A stretch of 64,000 bases of DNA from Truepera sp. (lineage in GTDB: Bacteria > Deinococcota > Deinococci > Deinococcales > Trueperaceae), in assembly GCA_965218435.1 (NCBI GenBank), contig CBDCKW010000009.1, forward strand, positions 3,008,001 to 3,072,000, given 5' to 3'. The first letter of the stretch is position 1; the number at the start of each line of letters is the position of its first letter. The notes beneath the pieces are model-generated. The model was not told the DNA's origin, ran no database searches, and saw nothing but the letters and a program-made list of their open reading frames with translations. The position numbers and the translations under genes are program-made. This document shows, piece after piece, positions 9,166 through 21,581 of the stretch.

Positions 9166-10749
9166 TTAGTCGAACAAGCTTGCGACGTTCACCTCACCCT
9201 GCGGCTCGAGGTACGCCGTGTCCATCTGCGCGAGTTGCAAGGTGCCTGACACGTCGTCGTTGACGCCCTGCCAGTAGGTATAGTTGTCAATCACCCAGAT
9301 GCCCGACTCACGCGTGCCGTTACCCGAACCTTTGGTCCCGCCGAACGGCATGTGCGCTTCAGCGCCGGTTGTCGAATTGTTAATTGAGGTCATCCCGGCC
9401 TCAATCTCTTCTTTGAAGCGGTGCGCCCAGAGCCGGTTATTTGTATAGATGGCCGATGAGAGGCCGTAATCAACCGCGTTCGCCGTCTGAATCGCTTCGT
9501 CAATGCCGTCTACTTTAACCAGGTTGATGGTCGGGCCAAACACTTCGGTCTTAAACTGTTTCATCTCCGGGGTGACGCCCTCCCAAACCGTGGGCCAGCC
9601 GTAAAAGCTCGCCTCCGGGTCGCCGACAAAACCGTCGGGTTTACTTTCCGGCGTAATACGACTTTCGCCGTAAAGGAGCGTTGCCCCGTCCGCTCTGCCC
9701 CAGTCGTAGTGCTCGGCCCAGCGATTGAAAAACCGCTCGTTGATAAAGGGGCCGTAAAGCACGTCGTCAACCTTGTTTGGGTCACCGATTTTCACGTTTT
9801 TGGCAGCCTCGAGAAAGCGCGTCTTGAACTCGTCGTACACGGGCGCGTCAATGATGATATTGCCCGCTGAAGTGCAGCGTTGCCCACCGGTGCCAAACGA
9901 AGCCCAGAGTGCGCCCTGCACGGCGTTGTCCAGGTCAGCGTCGCGCATCACGACCAAGGGATTTTTGCCGCCCAGCTCTAAGGTCGGGTGCAAAAGATTG
10001 CGCCCCGCAACCCCACCAATCTCCCGGCCCACCGCCGTCGAACCGGTAAAGGCAAACTTGTTCAGCAGCCCCTCGTCCATCATCTCGATCAGGTATTCGC
10101 CCGCTGCGTCTTTGCCGCCACCAAAGATGAGGTTTAAGACGCCTGCGGGTAGTCCTGCTTCGTGCATCAATTTGACGAGCGCGTAGGCGCACGCGGGCGC
10201 ATCTTCAGAGGGTTTCCAGACGACCGTATTGCCAGTCAAAAGGGCCGGAATCAGCTTCCACGCCGGAACTGCAACCGGAAAGTTTCCCGCTGTGACAATG
10301 CCTACGACCCCGAGCGGACGGCGATAGGTCAGGAGTTCTTTGTTGGGCATTTCAGACGGCACCGTCTGCCCGTACAAACGGCGGCCTTCGGACTGAAAAA
10401 AGTGACAAGTGTCAATGGCTTCTTGGACGTCGCCACGGGCCTCTTTGAGCGTTTTACCCATCTCACGCGTCGCAAGGCGACTTAAAGACTCTTTTTCGCG
10501 CTCGAGCGCCTTACCAATCGTCCCAATGAGTTCACCCCGAATCGGGGCGGGCGTTTTCGACCAGCTCTTAAAGGCTTTTTGGGCAGTCTGGCACGCTTCT
10601 CTGACCTGCTCTTTGGTCGCTTCGGGAAATTGTCCGATGACATCGGCAAGTTCTGACGAATTACGTGACGCAAACGTTTTGTCGCTGTTGACTTCCTCAC
10701 TACCGATCAGGTTGCCGAACGTTTTAACACTCTCTTTAACTTGTGACAT
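9166..10749 (-). CDS. NAD(P)-dependent aldehyde dehydrogenase
   Basis: AGNFP, WKPSE, FTGST, LELGGKNP, catalytic GQRCTS, EVFGP, PFGG; start at ATG 10749 with GGAGG RBS. Confidence 0.95.
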   Translation of the reverse strand: MSQVKESVKTFGNLIGSEEVNSDKTFASRNSSELADVIGQFPEATKEQVREACQTAQKAFKSWSKTPAPIRGELIGTIGKALEREKESLSRLATREMGKTLKEARGDVQEAIDTCHFFQSEGRRLYGQTVPSEMPNKELLTYRRPLGVVGIVTAGNFPVAVPAWKLIPALLTGNTVVWKPSEDAPACAYALVKLMHEAGLPAGVLNLIFGGGKDAAGEYLIEMMDEGLLNKFAFTGSTAVGREIGGVAGRNLLHPTLELGGKNPLVVMRDADLDNAVQGALWASFGTGGQRCTSAGNIIIDAPVYDEFKTRFLEAAKNVKIGDPNKVDDVLYGPFINERFFNRWAEHYDWGRADGATLLYGESRITPESKPDGFVGDPEASFYGWPTVWEGVTPEMKQFKTEVFGPTINLVKVDGIDEAIQTANAVDYGLSSAIYTNNRLWAHRFKEEIEAGMTSINNSTTGAEAHMPFGGTKGSGNGTRESGIWVIDNYTYWQGVNDDVSGTLQLAQMDTAYLEPQGEVNVASLFD

Positions 10750-10840
10750 ACGTCCTCCACATTCACGCGATGGTATCACATTATGCAGAGCTTTATTCAT
10801 CCGGCATAGACTTTTGCGCGTTGGGCGGGTAAGCTGAACG

Positions 10841-12450
<1,610 letters not shown>

Positions 12451-12452
12451 CG

Positions 12453-12968
12453 ATGACGACAGATGCGACAGGAACGCAGATAGCAACGACTTTGGGGCGT
12501 GACTTTCAAGACTTAGTAGAGGCGCTGCTCAACAATATTCAAAACGTTCTTACAGATTTTCCCGACGAAGTGCTAAATGAAATTCCCGAAGGTCTTACGA
12601 ATAGCCCTTATACTCTGATCTATCATCTGTTGGGCTCGGCGCGTTACTGGATTGGTGAAGTTGTCGGGGGCGGCGCGTCAAACCGTGTACGCGCGGACGA
12701 GTTTCAAGCACAAGGCTCACGGCAAGACCTCGAGCAACGCCTCGAAAATACCCGCGTGGGGCTGGCTTACACGTTTGAGCATTTAGACGAAGCCGACCTG
12801 ACACCGCACCCGGTTGACCTCAGCCGCGGTGTGCTGAGCTGGGGCAGTCTGCCGCCTGAAGGCCGCACGTCAGCTTGGGTGATTGCGCACGACCTGGCAC
12901 ATATGGCTTACCATTTGGGCCAGCTCAGGTTGATGCAGCGCCTGCTCCTAAAAAAGGCAACCCAATGA
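12453..12968 (+). CDS. DinB/DUF664-like protein
   Basis: [17 protein letters not shown] and H...H.AYHLGQ metal triad. Confidence 0.8.
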   Translation: MTTDATGTQIATTLGRDFQDLVEALLNNIQNVLTDFPDEVLNEIPEGLTNSPYTLIYHLLGSARYWIGEVVGGGASNRVRADEFQAQGSRQDLEQRLENTRVGLAYTFEHLDEADLTPHPVDLSRGVLSWGSLPPEGRTSAWVIAHDLAHMAYHLGQLRLMQRLLLKKATQ

Positions 12969-13360
12969 CAGAACGTCAAAATATCGCCAGCGGAACCCCG
13001 TGGGAAGCGCAAGTGGGGTACTCGAGAGCCGTTCGCAGCGGCCCGCACGTGTGGGTTTCGGGGACGACGGCGACGGACGGAAGCGGCACAGTTGTCGGTC
13101 AAGATACCTACACACAAACCGTACAGATTTTGAAAAATATCGGCGTAGCGTTGGCTAAGGCAGGGGCAAAGCTAGACGACGTGGTGCGTACCCGCATCTT
13201 TGTGACCGACATCAAAGACTGGCAAGAGGTAGGGCGGGCGCATAGCGAGGTTTTCGGCAGTGTCCGACCTGCTACAGCGATGGTTGAAGTGAGCGCCCTT
13301 ATTGCCCCGGACATGCTCGTCGAAATCGAAGCTGACGCCTTCATTCAGGGGGAAGCGTGA
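12965..13360 (+). CDS. RidA/YjgF/UK114 family protein
   Basis: [41 protein letters not shown]...[11 protein letters not shown] 12965 overlaps the upstream stop. Confidence 0.93.
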   Translation: MTERQNIASGTPWEAQVGYSRAVRSGPHVWVSGTTATDGSGTVVGQDTYTQTVQILKNIGVALAKAGAKLDDVVRTRIFVTDIKDWQEVGRAHSEVFGSVRPATAMVEVSALIAPDMLVEIEADAFIQGEA

Positions 13361-14634
13361 CTCGTATACGGATTCAAAACGCTCGTTTGCATGATCTTTA
13401 CGGCGATCACGGCGTCCATGACCTCTACCTTAAAGACGGCTTTATCGAAGGAACTGACTTGGGTGGTGAGGTAGACGAAACCTTTGACGCTGAGGGAAAC
13501 CTCGTCACGCCAGCGTTTATTGACCTGCACGCCCACCTGCGCGAACCGGGGCAAGAGCAAAAAGAAGATTTGGCTTCCGGCCTCGCCGCCGCTGCCGCCG
13601 GGGGTTTTGGCACGGTCGTCTCGATGGCGAACACCACCCCGCCCGTAGATGAACCCAGCACGGTTACGGCGCTGATTGCCAAAGCTGAACGTTTGGGGTT
13701 CTCTCGGCTGCGCCCTGCCGCCACGCTGAGCCGCGGTCTCAAAGGGCTCGAGCTGACCGATTTTGCTGCCCTCAAGGACGCTGGAGCCGTGATGATCACC
13801 GACGACGGCATTCCGGTGCAAGATGGTCATCTGATGCGCCGAGCTTGTGAGTACGCTGCCGAACTCGAGCTGGTCATCCAAACGCACTCCGAAGACCCCG
13901 GTTTACGGCAAAACGGCGTGATGAACGAGGGCGTCGTCTCACAACGGCTCGGTTTACCGGGAAATCCTGTCGCCGCTGAAGCCGCGATGATCTACCGCGA
14001 CTGTGAAATCGCCGCCATGACTGGAGCCAGGGTTCACATCGCGCACGTCTCGTCAAAACGGGGCATGAAAGTGATCGAATTTTTCAAAGCGCAAGGCGCA
14101 CCGATAACTTGCGAGGTGACGCCGCACCATTTGAGCCTAACCGACGCCGTACTGGAAAACTTTGACCCCATCGCCAAAGTTGCGCCACCACTCCGCACCG
14201 CTGAAGACGTAGCGTACTTGCATGACGCCGTAAAACGCGGTGTAGTAGACAGCATCGGCACCGACCACGCACCGCACACCCGCGCTGAAAAAGATCAAGA
14301 TATGGAGAGAGCGCCATTCGGTATCGGTAATATCGAAGTAGCGTTTCCGCTCCTTTATACCGAACTGGTTTTAGGGGACGGGCTGCCGTTAGGGACGCTC
14401 TTAAAACTGCTGCAAAGTGGTCCCACTAAGGTCATGAGCTGGACGCCGCCGAAGCTCGCGCCCGGACAACCTGCAGACGTGGTGGTTCTCGACTTAGAAA
14501 CCGAGCGCCCGGTTAAACCCGAAACCTTTAAGAGTAAAGCCAAGTTCAGCCCCTGGAAGGGTCAGGAGCTTAAAGGCTGGCCGACGCTGACATTGGTACG
14601 CGGTAAGCTTGCGTTTCGGTCAACGTCTGCGTAG
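13357..14634 (+). CDS. pyrC: dihydroorotase
   Basis: [38 protein letters not shown]. Confidence 0.95.
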   Translation: MTRIRIQNARLHDLYGDHGVHDLYLKDGFIEGTDLGGEVDETFDAEGNLVTPAFIDLHAHLREPGQEQKEDLASGLAAAAAGGFGTVVSMANTTPPVDEPSTVTALIAKAERLGFSRLRPAATLSRGLKGLELTDFAALKDAGAVMITDDGIPVQDGHLMRRACEYAAELELVIQTHSEDPGLRQNGVMNEGVVSQRLGLPGNPVAAEAAMIYRDCEIAAMTGARVHIAHVSSKRGMKVIEFFKAQGAPITCEVTPHHLSLTDAVLENFDPIAKVAPPLRTAEDVAYLHDAVKRGVVDSIGTDHAPHTRAEKDQDMERAPFGIGNIEVAFPLLYTELVLGDGLPLGTLLKLLQSGPTKVMSWTPPKLAPGQPADVVVLDLETERPVKPETFKSKAKFSPWKGQELKGWPTLTLVRGKLAFRSTSA

Positions 14635-14776
14635 AGCAAGGCGAGATTACTCACATACGTGTGTGTATTTGGTCAACATTAGACCAGCCCCTCTGTGATA
14701 CCCGACAGCGGTGGCGAGATAAGCTCGAGACAGGGACACCATACGTGTAAGAAGCGTTGGGGCGGAACGCAACACC

Positions 14777-15610
14777 TTAACGTTTCAAGTCCGGCTCCGG
14801 GTTCGCCACAAGCGGCGAGTCTGGAGCCGAATAACGAAAAGACCCCGGGGTGCGCCCGGTATCCCGTTTAACGTACCTGCTGAGGTGACTGACAGAGTAG
14901 TAGCCACAAAGCTCGGCGACCTCCTCGAGGCTCAAGTTAGAGTTGCCGATAAGCTCCAAGGCGCGCCTTTGCCGCAGCCCCTGCAGATAAGCCTTCGGGC
15001 TATAACCCCGCAATTTGACGAAGTAAGCTCTCAGGGTTGAGGTCGAAACACCGACTTCGGCGGCTACTTCCGCAACGCTTGGCGACAGGCTGAGCCGCTC
15101 TTCAAACAACCGCTCGGCGCTCTGCACAAGCTGCTCGGCGGCGGTCGGCTCAGGCTCACAGCTTTTACGGCGCAGCGTAAGGTCGAGTTGCCGTAAAAGC
15201 AGCGTGAGCATCTCCGTCCGGTCGAGCGCCCGCCCGCGCCACTCTCGCCGCAACCCGGTAAAGAGCGCGGCTAAGGTGTGCTCCTGATCGTCGCGGTAAA
15301 CCTGCAGCCAAGGGGGTACTGCGTCACACTGCAGATGCATATAAATCTGTTTGTAAGCGGTGAGCGCCAAGTCAAAGTGGGGCGTCTCAGGCGGAATAAC
15401 CAGCAGCATTCCTGGCTGGGTATCGAAGACGTGAGCGTCTACTACGCACCGGATATAACCAGCTTGGTAGTAGATCAGTTCCCAGGCATCGTGCTGGTGA
15501 ACGGGAAAGTTTTGCTGTTGCCCGGCAGTATAGGTACTGACCGTGCTCAGCTGCAGCTCACTCTCTGAAAACGAGGGATAGCCTGGCGATTTGTGCAATT
15601 CACCTGCCAT
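14777..15610 (-). CDS. AraC family regulator (cupin + double HTH)
   Basis: HQHDAWELIYY cupin; VAEVAAEVGVSTSTL and LSLEEVAELCGYYSVSHLSR; divergent from the GH4 gene. Confidence 0.92.
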   Translation of the reverse strand: MAGELHKSPGYPSFSESELQLSTVSTYTAGQQQNFPVHQHDAWELIYYQAGYIRCVVDAHVFDTQPGMLLVIPPETPHFDLALTAYKQIYMHLQCDAVPPWLQVYRDDQEHTLAALFTGLRREWRGRALDRTEMLTLLLRQLDLTLRRKSCEPEPTAAEQLVQSAERLFEERLSLSPSVAEVAAEVGVSTSTLRAYFVKLRGYSPKAYLQGLRQRRALELIGNSNLSLEEVAELCGYYSVSHLSRYVKRDTGRTPGSFRYSAPDSPLVANPEPDLKR

Positions 15611-15786
15611 TTTATGTATTGCCTTTCACGCCTCTTTTCACTAGTATAGACGCAGTTTAACAAAAATTGTTGCGGTGTCTTAACGCACGTCCAGCCTTCT
15701 AAGCGTGTAGCTGGAGGGTTCTCGAGCGTTTAAGGCTCTCGAGAGAACGCAAGCGGCGTTTGCCGGGGGGACACGCGGGGAGGTTT

Positions 15787-17160
15787 ATGGCGAAAATTGC
15801 AATCATCGGAGCGGGTGGCTTCGTCTTTCCGCTCAGACTGATAGGCGACATCCTCAGTTTTAGTGAGCTGCAAGACAGCGAACTGGCGCTTATGGATATT
15901 GACGTAACTACGCTGGCACGTACGACCGGCGCAGCACGGGAACTGGTTGCCCATCACAGCTTAAACACGCGTGTGACTGAGACGACCAACCGCCGGGAAG
16001 CTCTGGACGGGGCGGACTACGTGATCGTGACCTTTCAGGTGGGCGGCCTAAAGGCGTACCGCGCCGACGTCGAGATTCCGCGCCGCTACGGACTCGATCA
16101 GTGCGTCGGCGATACGCTCGGGCCGGGCGGGGTGTTCCGCTTTTTGCGGAGCGTACCTGCGTATTATGAGCTTGCTCAGGACATGCTCGAGCTTTGCCCG
16201 AACGCGCTCCTACTCAACTACGCCAACCCGATGGCCATGAACTGCAGCTATTTGTCCCGGCTCGGCGTTCAAACCGTCGGGCTTTGCCACAGCGTTCAGG
16301 GTACGACCCGGATGCTGGCGGACGCGCTGCAAGTTCCCTACGACGAGGTTGACTACCGCGTCGCCGGGATCAACCATCAAGCCTGGATTTTAGAGTTTAG
16401 ACGCGGCGCAGAAGACCTCTATCCGAGACTCCGGGAAGAGCTGGGGCGGGCGCATCTTAAAGGCGCTTTTACGGGGGAACTCGGGCCCGACTTGGGTGAC
16501 CACAGCGAAGCCCGCAGCGTGTCGTCTTACGAAGGCGGTCAAGAGCGCGTGCGCACGGAAATCATGGCGGCGTTCGGCTATTTTCATACCGAGTCGAGCC
16601 ATCACGCCAGCGAGTACCTGCCCTACTTTCGTAAAGATCAGCAGCTCATCAGCGAGCTGATTCCGGAACGTTGGGACTACTTCGAGGTCTGCTCGAGGCA
16701 TGATGAGGCGGGGCTTAAAGACCTGCTTGAGCGGCTTAAAACAGAGCTGAAACCGTCGCTCGAGTACGGCTCGCAAATTATCCACAGTCTTGAAACCAAC
16801 ACCTCACGCGTTATCTACGGCAACGTCGCTAACAACGGCCTGATTACCAACTTGCCCGAGGGCTGCTGTGTCGAAGTGCCTTGCCTGATTGACGCGGGCG
16901 GCGTTCAACCTACGGCTGTCGGCAAGCTGCCTCCTCAATGTGCGGCGGTCAACCGTACCAACATCAATGTGCAAGAGCTGGCGGTCGAAGCGGCGCTGAC
17001 GGGTAATCTCGAGCACGTCTACCACGCAGTGCAGCTTGATCCTTTAACAGCTTCACTCCTTACCTTAGGTCAGATTCGCGACTTAGTTGACGAGCTGCTG
17101 GGGGCTGAAGCGGCGTGGCTACCGGATTTTGCCAAGCTGCAAAAAGAGGAATTCGCTTGA
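15787..17160 (+). CDS. glycoside hydrolase family 4 (MelA-like alpha-galactosidase), copy 1
   Basis: KIAIIGAGG, GDTLGPGG, LNYANPMA, GLCHS, AGINHQ, TESSHH, GNVAN.GLI.NLP. Confidence 0.9.
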   Translation: MAKIAIIGAGGFVFPLRLIGDILSFSELQDSELALMDIDVTTLARTTGAARELVAHHSLNTRVTETTNRREALDGADYVIVTFQVGGLKAYRADVEIPRRYGLDQCVGDTLGPGGVFRFLRSVPAYYELAQDMLELCPNALLLNYANPMAMNCSYLSRLGVQTVGLCHSVQGTTRMLADALQVPYDEVDYRVAGINHQAWILEFRRGAEDLYPRLREELGRAHLKGAFTGELGPDLGDHSEARSVSSYEGGQERVRTEIMAAFGYFHTESSHHASEYLPYFRKDQQLISELIPERWDYFEVCSRHDEAGLKDLLERLKTELKPSLEYGSQIIHSLETNTSRVIYGNVANNGLITNLPEGCCVEVPCLIDAGGVQPTAVGKLPPQCAAVNRTNINVQELAVEAALTGNLEHVYHAVQLDPLTASLLTLGQIRDLVDELLGAEAAWLPDFAKLQKEEFA

Positions 17161-17283
17161 CACTTTTACCGAACCAGCCTAGAGTTAGGAGCCACACATT
17201 TTTTATCTTGCAGCTTATTTTGCAACGCGGTCAGGTTGTAGCTACTCGTTTTAGCCGCCGGGATTCGGCGAAAGGAGTGTTGT

Positions 17284-19329
17284 ATGAAGCTAATGCGTAG
17301 GTCTTGGTTGCTTTTCGGTGTACTCTCTCTCGGGGTAGGCTTCAGCGCCGCACAAGAAGCCGAACCCGACCCGGCACGCTCGCTGAGCGGCAAGCTGCAA
17401 CTCTCAGACATCGTCGAATACCGCGCGTTTAGTAACTATCAAGAGGCTCCCGAACTTGACGCGATGGTCGAAGCCGGGGACCTCCCGCCCATAGCCGAGC
17501 GACTCCCAAAAGAGCCGCGGGTTATCAAAAAAGCCGAGATGGTTGACGGTTTGGGCGTCTATGGTGGCGTTTGGCGCGACACCTTTGCCGTTCCGACAGT
17601 GAGCTGGAATTGGGGCGTCGCCGGTCAAACTCAAGGCTATTTTGGCATCAACGAAATGGTTCAAGTTCCACTGGTTGACCTTTTTCCGATGTGGATGATG
17701 GCCCAACCGGAACCCGCGCCGCTACTCGCTAAGAGCTGGTCTTGGTCTAAAGACGGTAAAAGCCTCACCATGAAGCTTATCGAAGGCGCTCGGTGGTCGG
17801 ACGGCGTTCCCTTTACCGCCGACGACGTGCTGTTTACGTTTAACGACTATATTTTAGACCCCAATGTTCCGAGCCCCAACGAAGCCGACGCCTGGACGTT
17901 TGGGGGTAAGGTGACGAAGCTCGAGAAGATTGACGATTACACAGTTCGATTTGTTTTCGGCGCGGCGAAACCCTACAGCGCCTTTTACCGGATGGGCTAC
18001 GAACAGTTTTCTATCGTCCCTAAACACGTATTCGCAAAGTTTCATCCCAAATATACCAAAGGCGCAACCTATCAAAAGCTCTTGACCTCCGCCCCACCCC
18101 AAGACCTGCCGCCGGTTACGCTGGGCGCTTTTATCCCGGTGCGTTATCAACCCGGTCAGCAGATGATTTTGGTAAGAAACCCTTACTACTGGCAAGTTGA
18201 CGAAGACGGCAAGCAGCTCCCGTATATCAGCGAGGTCCACTACGCCGAGGCAAGTAGTGGCGAGCAGCGCACCTTTAACCTGATTAACGACACCGGCGAC
18301 CGCGATAACGTCGAGAACCCACAAATCTTTACCCAAATCTTTCAAGCCTCCCAGAAGCCCGACGCTCACTTCAATTTGCGCTTTGAGGGGTTCGGTATCG
18401 GCTACCGGCTCGAGCTCAACTTCGCCGACTTCGGCGCGAAAACGCCTCGAGCCAAGGCCCTGAGAGAGCTGTTTCGCAATCTTAAGTTTCGTGAAGCCCT
18501 CTCCTACGCGGTTGACCGTCAGGGGCTGGCAACAGCAGCCTTCGCCGGTCCATTAACCCAGCCTTGGTACGGGGGATATCCGTCGGCGTCCCCGTATTAC
18601 GATCCGAACTTAGTCAAGACCTTTGAATATAGCCCCGACCAAGCTAAAACGCTGCTCAGCGAGCTAGGGTTTCAAGATACCGATGGGAACGGCCTGCTCA
18701 ACTGGCCCCAGGGAACCCCTACCGCTGGGCAGGACCTGCTCATCGAACTCGTTGCGGCTGCGGATGTGCAAGCTGCGGTCGAAGCGGGACAGGCGCTGGT
18801 TCCACTTTTCCGCAGTGTTGGTATCGATCTGCGGTTCCGGGTTCTGCCTGGACCGACTGTCACAAACTTAGTCAACACCTCCGACTTTGATATGGTCATC
18901 ACGCGTCAAGATGTGCCCACACCGGACGTAAGGCCGGGCTTATACGGACCGGCCAGTGCCGACGAACCCACCTGGCACCAGGCTGGCCCCGAAGGGCGCA
19001 CACTGCTCCCTTTTGAAAAGGAGATGGCGACGCTTATAGACGAGTCTCGCTTCACCACCGACCCGGCTCGCCGTACCGAGATTTTCCACGAGGTTCTTAA
19101 ACTTTCAACTGACAACGTCTACACCATCGGACTCTACGAAGCGCGGCGCGGCTTAGCCGTCAATAAACGCCTTAAAAATATTCCCGACGATTTGCCCACG
19201 TTCCAGTACGAATGGGGGATGGAGAATATGCCGTGGCTTTCGTGGACAGCTGCAGATGAGCAGATCGCCCCGCGCTTTTTGAACCTCATCCCGACACCGA
19301 AAAACTATCAAGCTCGCGCGGGCAACTGA
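17284..19329 (+). CDS. family-5 ABC substrate-binding protein, AgpA-like (alpha-galactoside binding)
   Basis: Signal peptide, YQEAPEL..MVEAGDLPPIAERLPKEP, WSDGVPFTADDV, RNPYYWQVD..G.QLPYI; lies between two GH4 genes. Confidence 0.85.
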   Translation: MKLMRRSWLLFGVLSLGVGFSAAQEAEPDPARSLSGKLQLSDIVEYRAFSNYQEAPELDAMVEAGDLPPIAERLPKEPRVIKKAEMVDGLGVYGGVWRDTFAVPTVSWNWGVAGQTQGYFGINEMVQVPLVDLFPMWMMAQPEPAPLLAKSWSWSKDGKSLTMKLIEGARWSDGVPFTADDVLFTFNDYILDPNVPSPNEADAWTFGGKVTKLEKIDDYTVRFVFGAAKPYSAFYRMGYEQFSIVPKHVFAKFHPKYTKGATYQKLLTSAPPQDLPPVTLGAFIPVRYQPGQQMILVRNPYYWQVDEDGKQLPYISEVHYAEASSGEQRTFNLINDTGDRDNVENPQIFTQIFQASQKPDAHFNLRFEGFGIGYRLELNFADFGAKTPRAKALRELFRNLKFREALSYAVDRQGLATAAFAGPLTQPWYGGYPSASPYYDPNLVKTFEYSPDQAKTLLSELGFQDTDGNGLLNWPQGTPTAGQDLLIELVAAADVQAAVEAGQALVPLFRSVGIDLRFRVLPGPTVTNLVNTSDFDMVITRQDVPTPDVRPGLYGPASADEPTWHQAGPEGRTLLPFEKEMATLIDESRFTTDPARRTEIFHEVLKLSTDNVYTIGLYEARRGLAVNKRLKNIPDDLPTFQYEWGMENMPWLSWTAADEQIAPRFLNLIPTPKNYQARAGN

Positions 19330-19413
19330 GGCGCTGAGGGTGACGGGTATAGGGTGCAGCAGACCGGGTAGAGATTCTGCCCGGTCTCTCCGGAAGGCTC
19401 GAGTGAGTGGGTA

Positions 19414-20409
19414 ATGCTCGGCTTTATCCTTAAAAGGATTGGCTACGCTGTGCCAACTCTCGTTTTAATCAGCTTTTTTTCGTTTCTGATTATCGAACTC
19501 CCACCTGGAGACTATATGACCACGCTGCAAAACACGCTGGTCGCGCAGTCGGGCATGTCTCCAGGGGAGGCGCGCGCGCTGACTAACCGGATGAGGGAAG
19601 AGTACGGCCTCGATAAACCCTTTTTGATACGCTACGGTCAGTGGATCAGTGCTATCGTCACGCGCGGCGACTTCGGCTTTTCTTTCATCTTTCGCCGTCC
19701 GGTGAGCGAGGTGATCTGGCAACGCTTGGGGCTGACCCTGCTCGTCGCCCTTTGCGCCCATGTTCTGTCAGTTGTCAGCGGCGTCCTCATCGGTATCTTT
19801 TCAGCCACCCACCGCAACACCTTTTTTGACCACGCGGCTACCGTACTCGCTTTTTTAGGCTTCTCGGTACCCAACTTTTTCCTAGCACTCGTTATTATGT
19901 ACGTGCTCGCTTTTCACTTTGGTCAGCACGTCGGCGGCTTTTTTAGCCCTGACTACGTGATCGCCCCCTGGAGCTGGGCGCGTCTTGTCGATTTTCTCAA
20001 ACATTTTTGGGTACCTGTTTTGGTCGTCGGACTCGCGGGTACGGCGCGCAACATGCGGGTTATGCGCGGCAACTTACTTGATGTGCTTAACCAGAACTAC
20101 GTGCGCACGGCGCGCGCGAAAGGTCTGTCCAGCAACCGTGTTATCTTTAAGCACGCGGTTCGCAACGCCATTCAGCCCATCGTGATGTACCTTGGGGTGG
20201 CGCTGCCCTTTTTGCTCCAAGGTGAGATCGTAACGAGCGCCGTGCTGAACCTCCCGACGATGGGGCCGGTATTTTTACAGTCGCTGGTCACGCAGGACAT
20301 GTACCTTGCGGGCTCATTTTTGATGTTGCTGGCTGTAGTGCTGGTGATTGGCAACCTGCTGGCAGATATTGCGCTCGTTTGGGTAGATCCGAGAGTAAGT
20401 TATGATTGA
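19414..20409 (+). CDS. ABC transporter permease (OppB/DppB-like)
   Basis: YGLDKP, GDFGFS, YVRTARAKGL, HAVRNA, DPRV. Confidence 0.93.
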   Translation: MLGFILKRIGYAVPTLVLISFFSFLIIELPPGDYMTTLQNTLVAQSGMSPGEARALTNRMREEYGLDKPFLIRYGQWISAIVTRGDFGFSFIFRRPVSEVIWQRLGLTLLVALCAHVLSVVSGVLIGIFSATHRNTFFDHAATVLAFLGFSVPNFFLALVIMYVLAFHFGQHVGGFFSPDYVIAPWSWARLVDFLKHFWVPVLVVGLAGTARNMRVMRGNLLDVLNQNYVRTARAKGLSSNRVIFKHAVRNAIQPIVMYLGVALPFLLQGEIVTSAVLNLPTMGPVFLQSLVTQDMYLAGSFLMLLAVVLVIGNLLADIALVWVDPRVSYD

Positions 20410-21535
20410 CGCCACGAGGATAAAACCGGTTGGGCAGACTGAGCCGAAATTCCAGACCAAAAGCACGTCAACGCTCGCTTTAACCTGGCGACGTTTCCGG
20501 CGAAACACGTTGGCCCAGATAGGCGGGACGTTCGTTGTTCTTCTTTTCTTCATCACCCTTTTTGCTCCCTTCTTTACACCGTATAATCCGACCCAAACAC
20601 AACTAGGTACAGTTTATGTTCCTCCCCAACGCGTTCACTTTTTCGACACCGAAGGGCGGTTTCATCTTCAATCCTTTACTTACGCGCTTGTTCCCGACAT
20701 AGACCCCAATACCTGGGCACGTATTTACCGTGAAGATACCAGCAAGATGTACAGGCTAAACTTTTTTGCCCCTGGTTGGGATTACAAGCTGCTTAACCTT
20801 GTCCCGACAAACCTCCATCTCGTCAGCGTCGAGGAAGGGGGTAGTCTGTTTCTCCTTGGTACCGACAAGATGGGGCGCGACCTCCTCAGCCTGATCATCT
20901 TCGGTGCGCGTATTTCGGTCGGGATCGCAGTTTTTGGCGCACTGGTGAGCGCCTTTTTAGGGTCGGTGATCGGCGCGGCGTCGGGGTATTACGGGGGTAT
21001 CTTCGACAACGTTACCCAGCGAGTCAGTGAACTTCTGCTGAGTTTTCCAACGTTGCCGCTCTTTATGGCGGTGAGCGTAGCGATTCCGGTCGAGTGGCCA
21101 CCGCTCGGTGTGTTTTTCGGCATTATGATGATTTTTGCCCTGTTAGGTTGGCCGACGCTGGCGAGGGAGGTGCGTGGCAAAGTACTGTCTTACCGTGAAG
21201 AAGAGTTTGTCATGGCTGCTCGCGCGGCTGGGGCGACAGGACCTTACATCATCTTCCGCCACATCTTGCCGAACGTGATCAGTCACATTATCGTGATCCT
21301 TACGATCAGTGTACCCGAGCTAATCCTGGCGGAGGGGGCGCTATCGTTTTTGGGCCTTGGCATTCAACCACCGCTAGTGAGCTGGGGCGTCTTGTTACGC
21401 GACGCAACGACGTTAGAGACCCTCGGCCAGAACCCTTGGATCATGCTTCCGGGTGTCGCCATCTTGTTAACCGTCTTAGCTTTTAACTTTCTTGGAGACG
21501 GTTTGCGTGACGCCATCGACGCGACGACCCAATAA
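20402..21535 (+). CDS. ABC transporter permease (OppC/DppC-like)
   Basis: LLGTDKMGRDLLS, EEFVMAARAAGA, RHILPN, LSFLGLG, FNFLGDGLRDA. Confidence 0.93.
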   Translation: MIDATRIKPVGQTEPKFQTKSTSTLALTWRRFRRNTLAQIGGTFVVLLFFITLFAPFFTPYNPTQTQLGTVYVPPQRVHFFDTEGRFHLQSFTYALVPDIDPNTWARIYREDTSKMYRLNFFAPGWDYKLLNLVPTNLHLVSVEEGGSLFLLGTDKMGRDLLSLIIFGARISVGIAVFGALVSAFLGSVIGAASGYYGGIFDNVTQRVSELLLSFPTLPLFMAVSVAIPVEWPPLGVFFGIMMIFALLGWPTLAREVRGKVLSYREEEFVMAARAAGATGPYIIFRHILPNVISHIIVILTISVPELILAEGALSFLGLGIQPPLVSWGVLLRDATTLETLGQNPWIMLPGVAILLTVLAFNFLGDGLRDAIDATTQ

Positions 21536-21581
21536 CAGACAACCCGGCAAAAAGGCAGGGTTGCAGTAAACTAGGAGTCCT

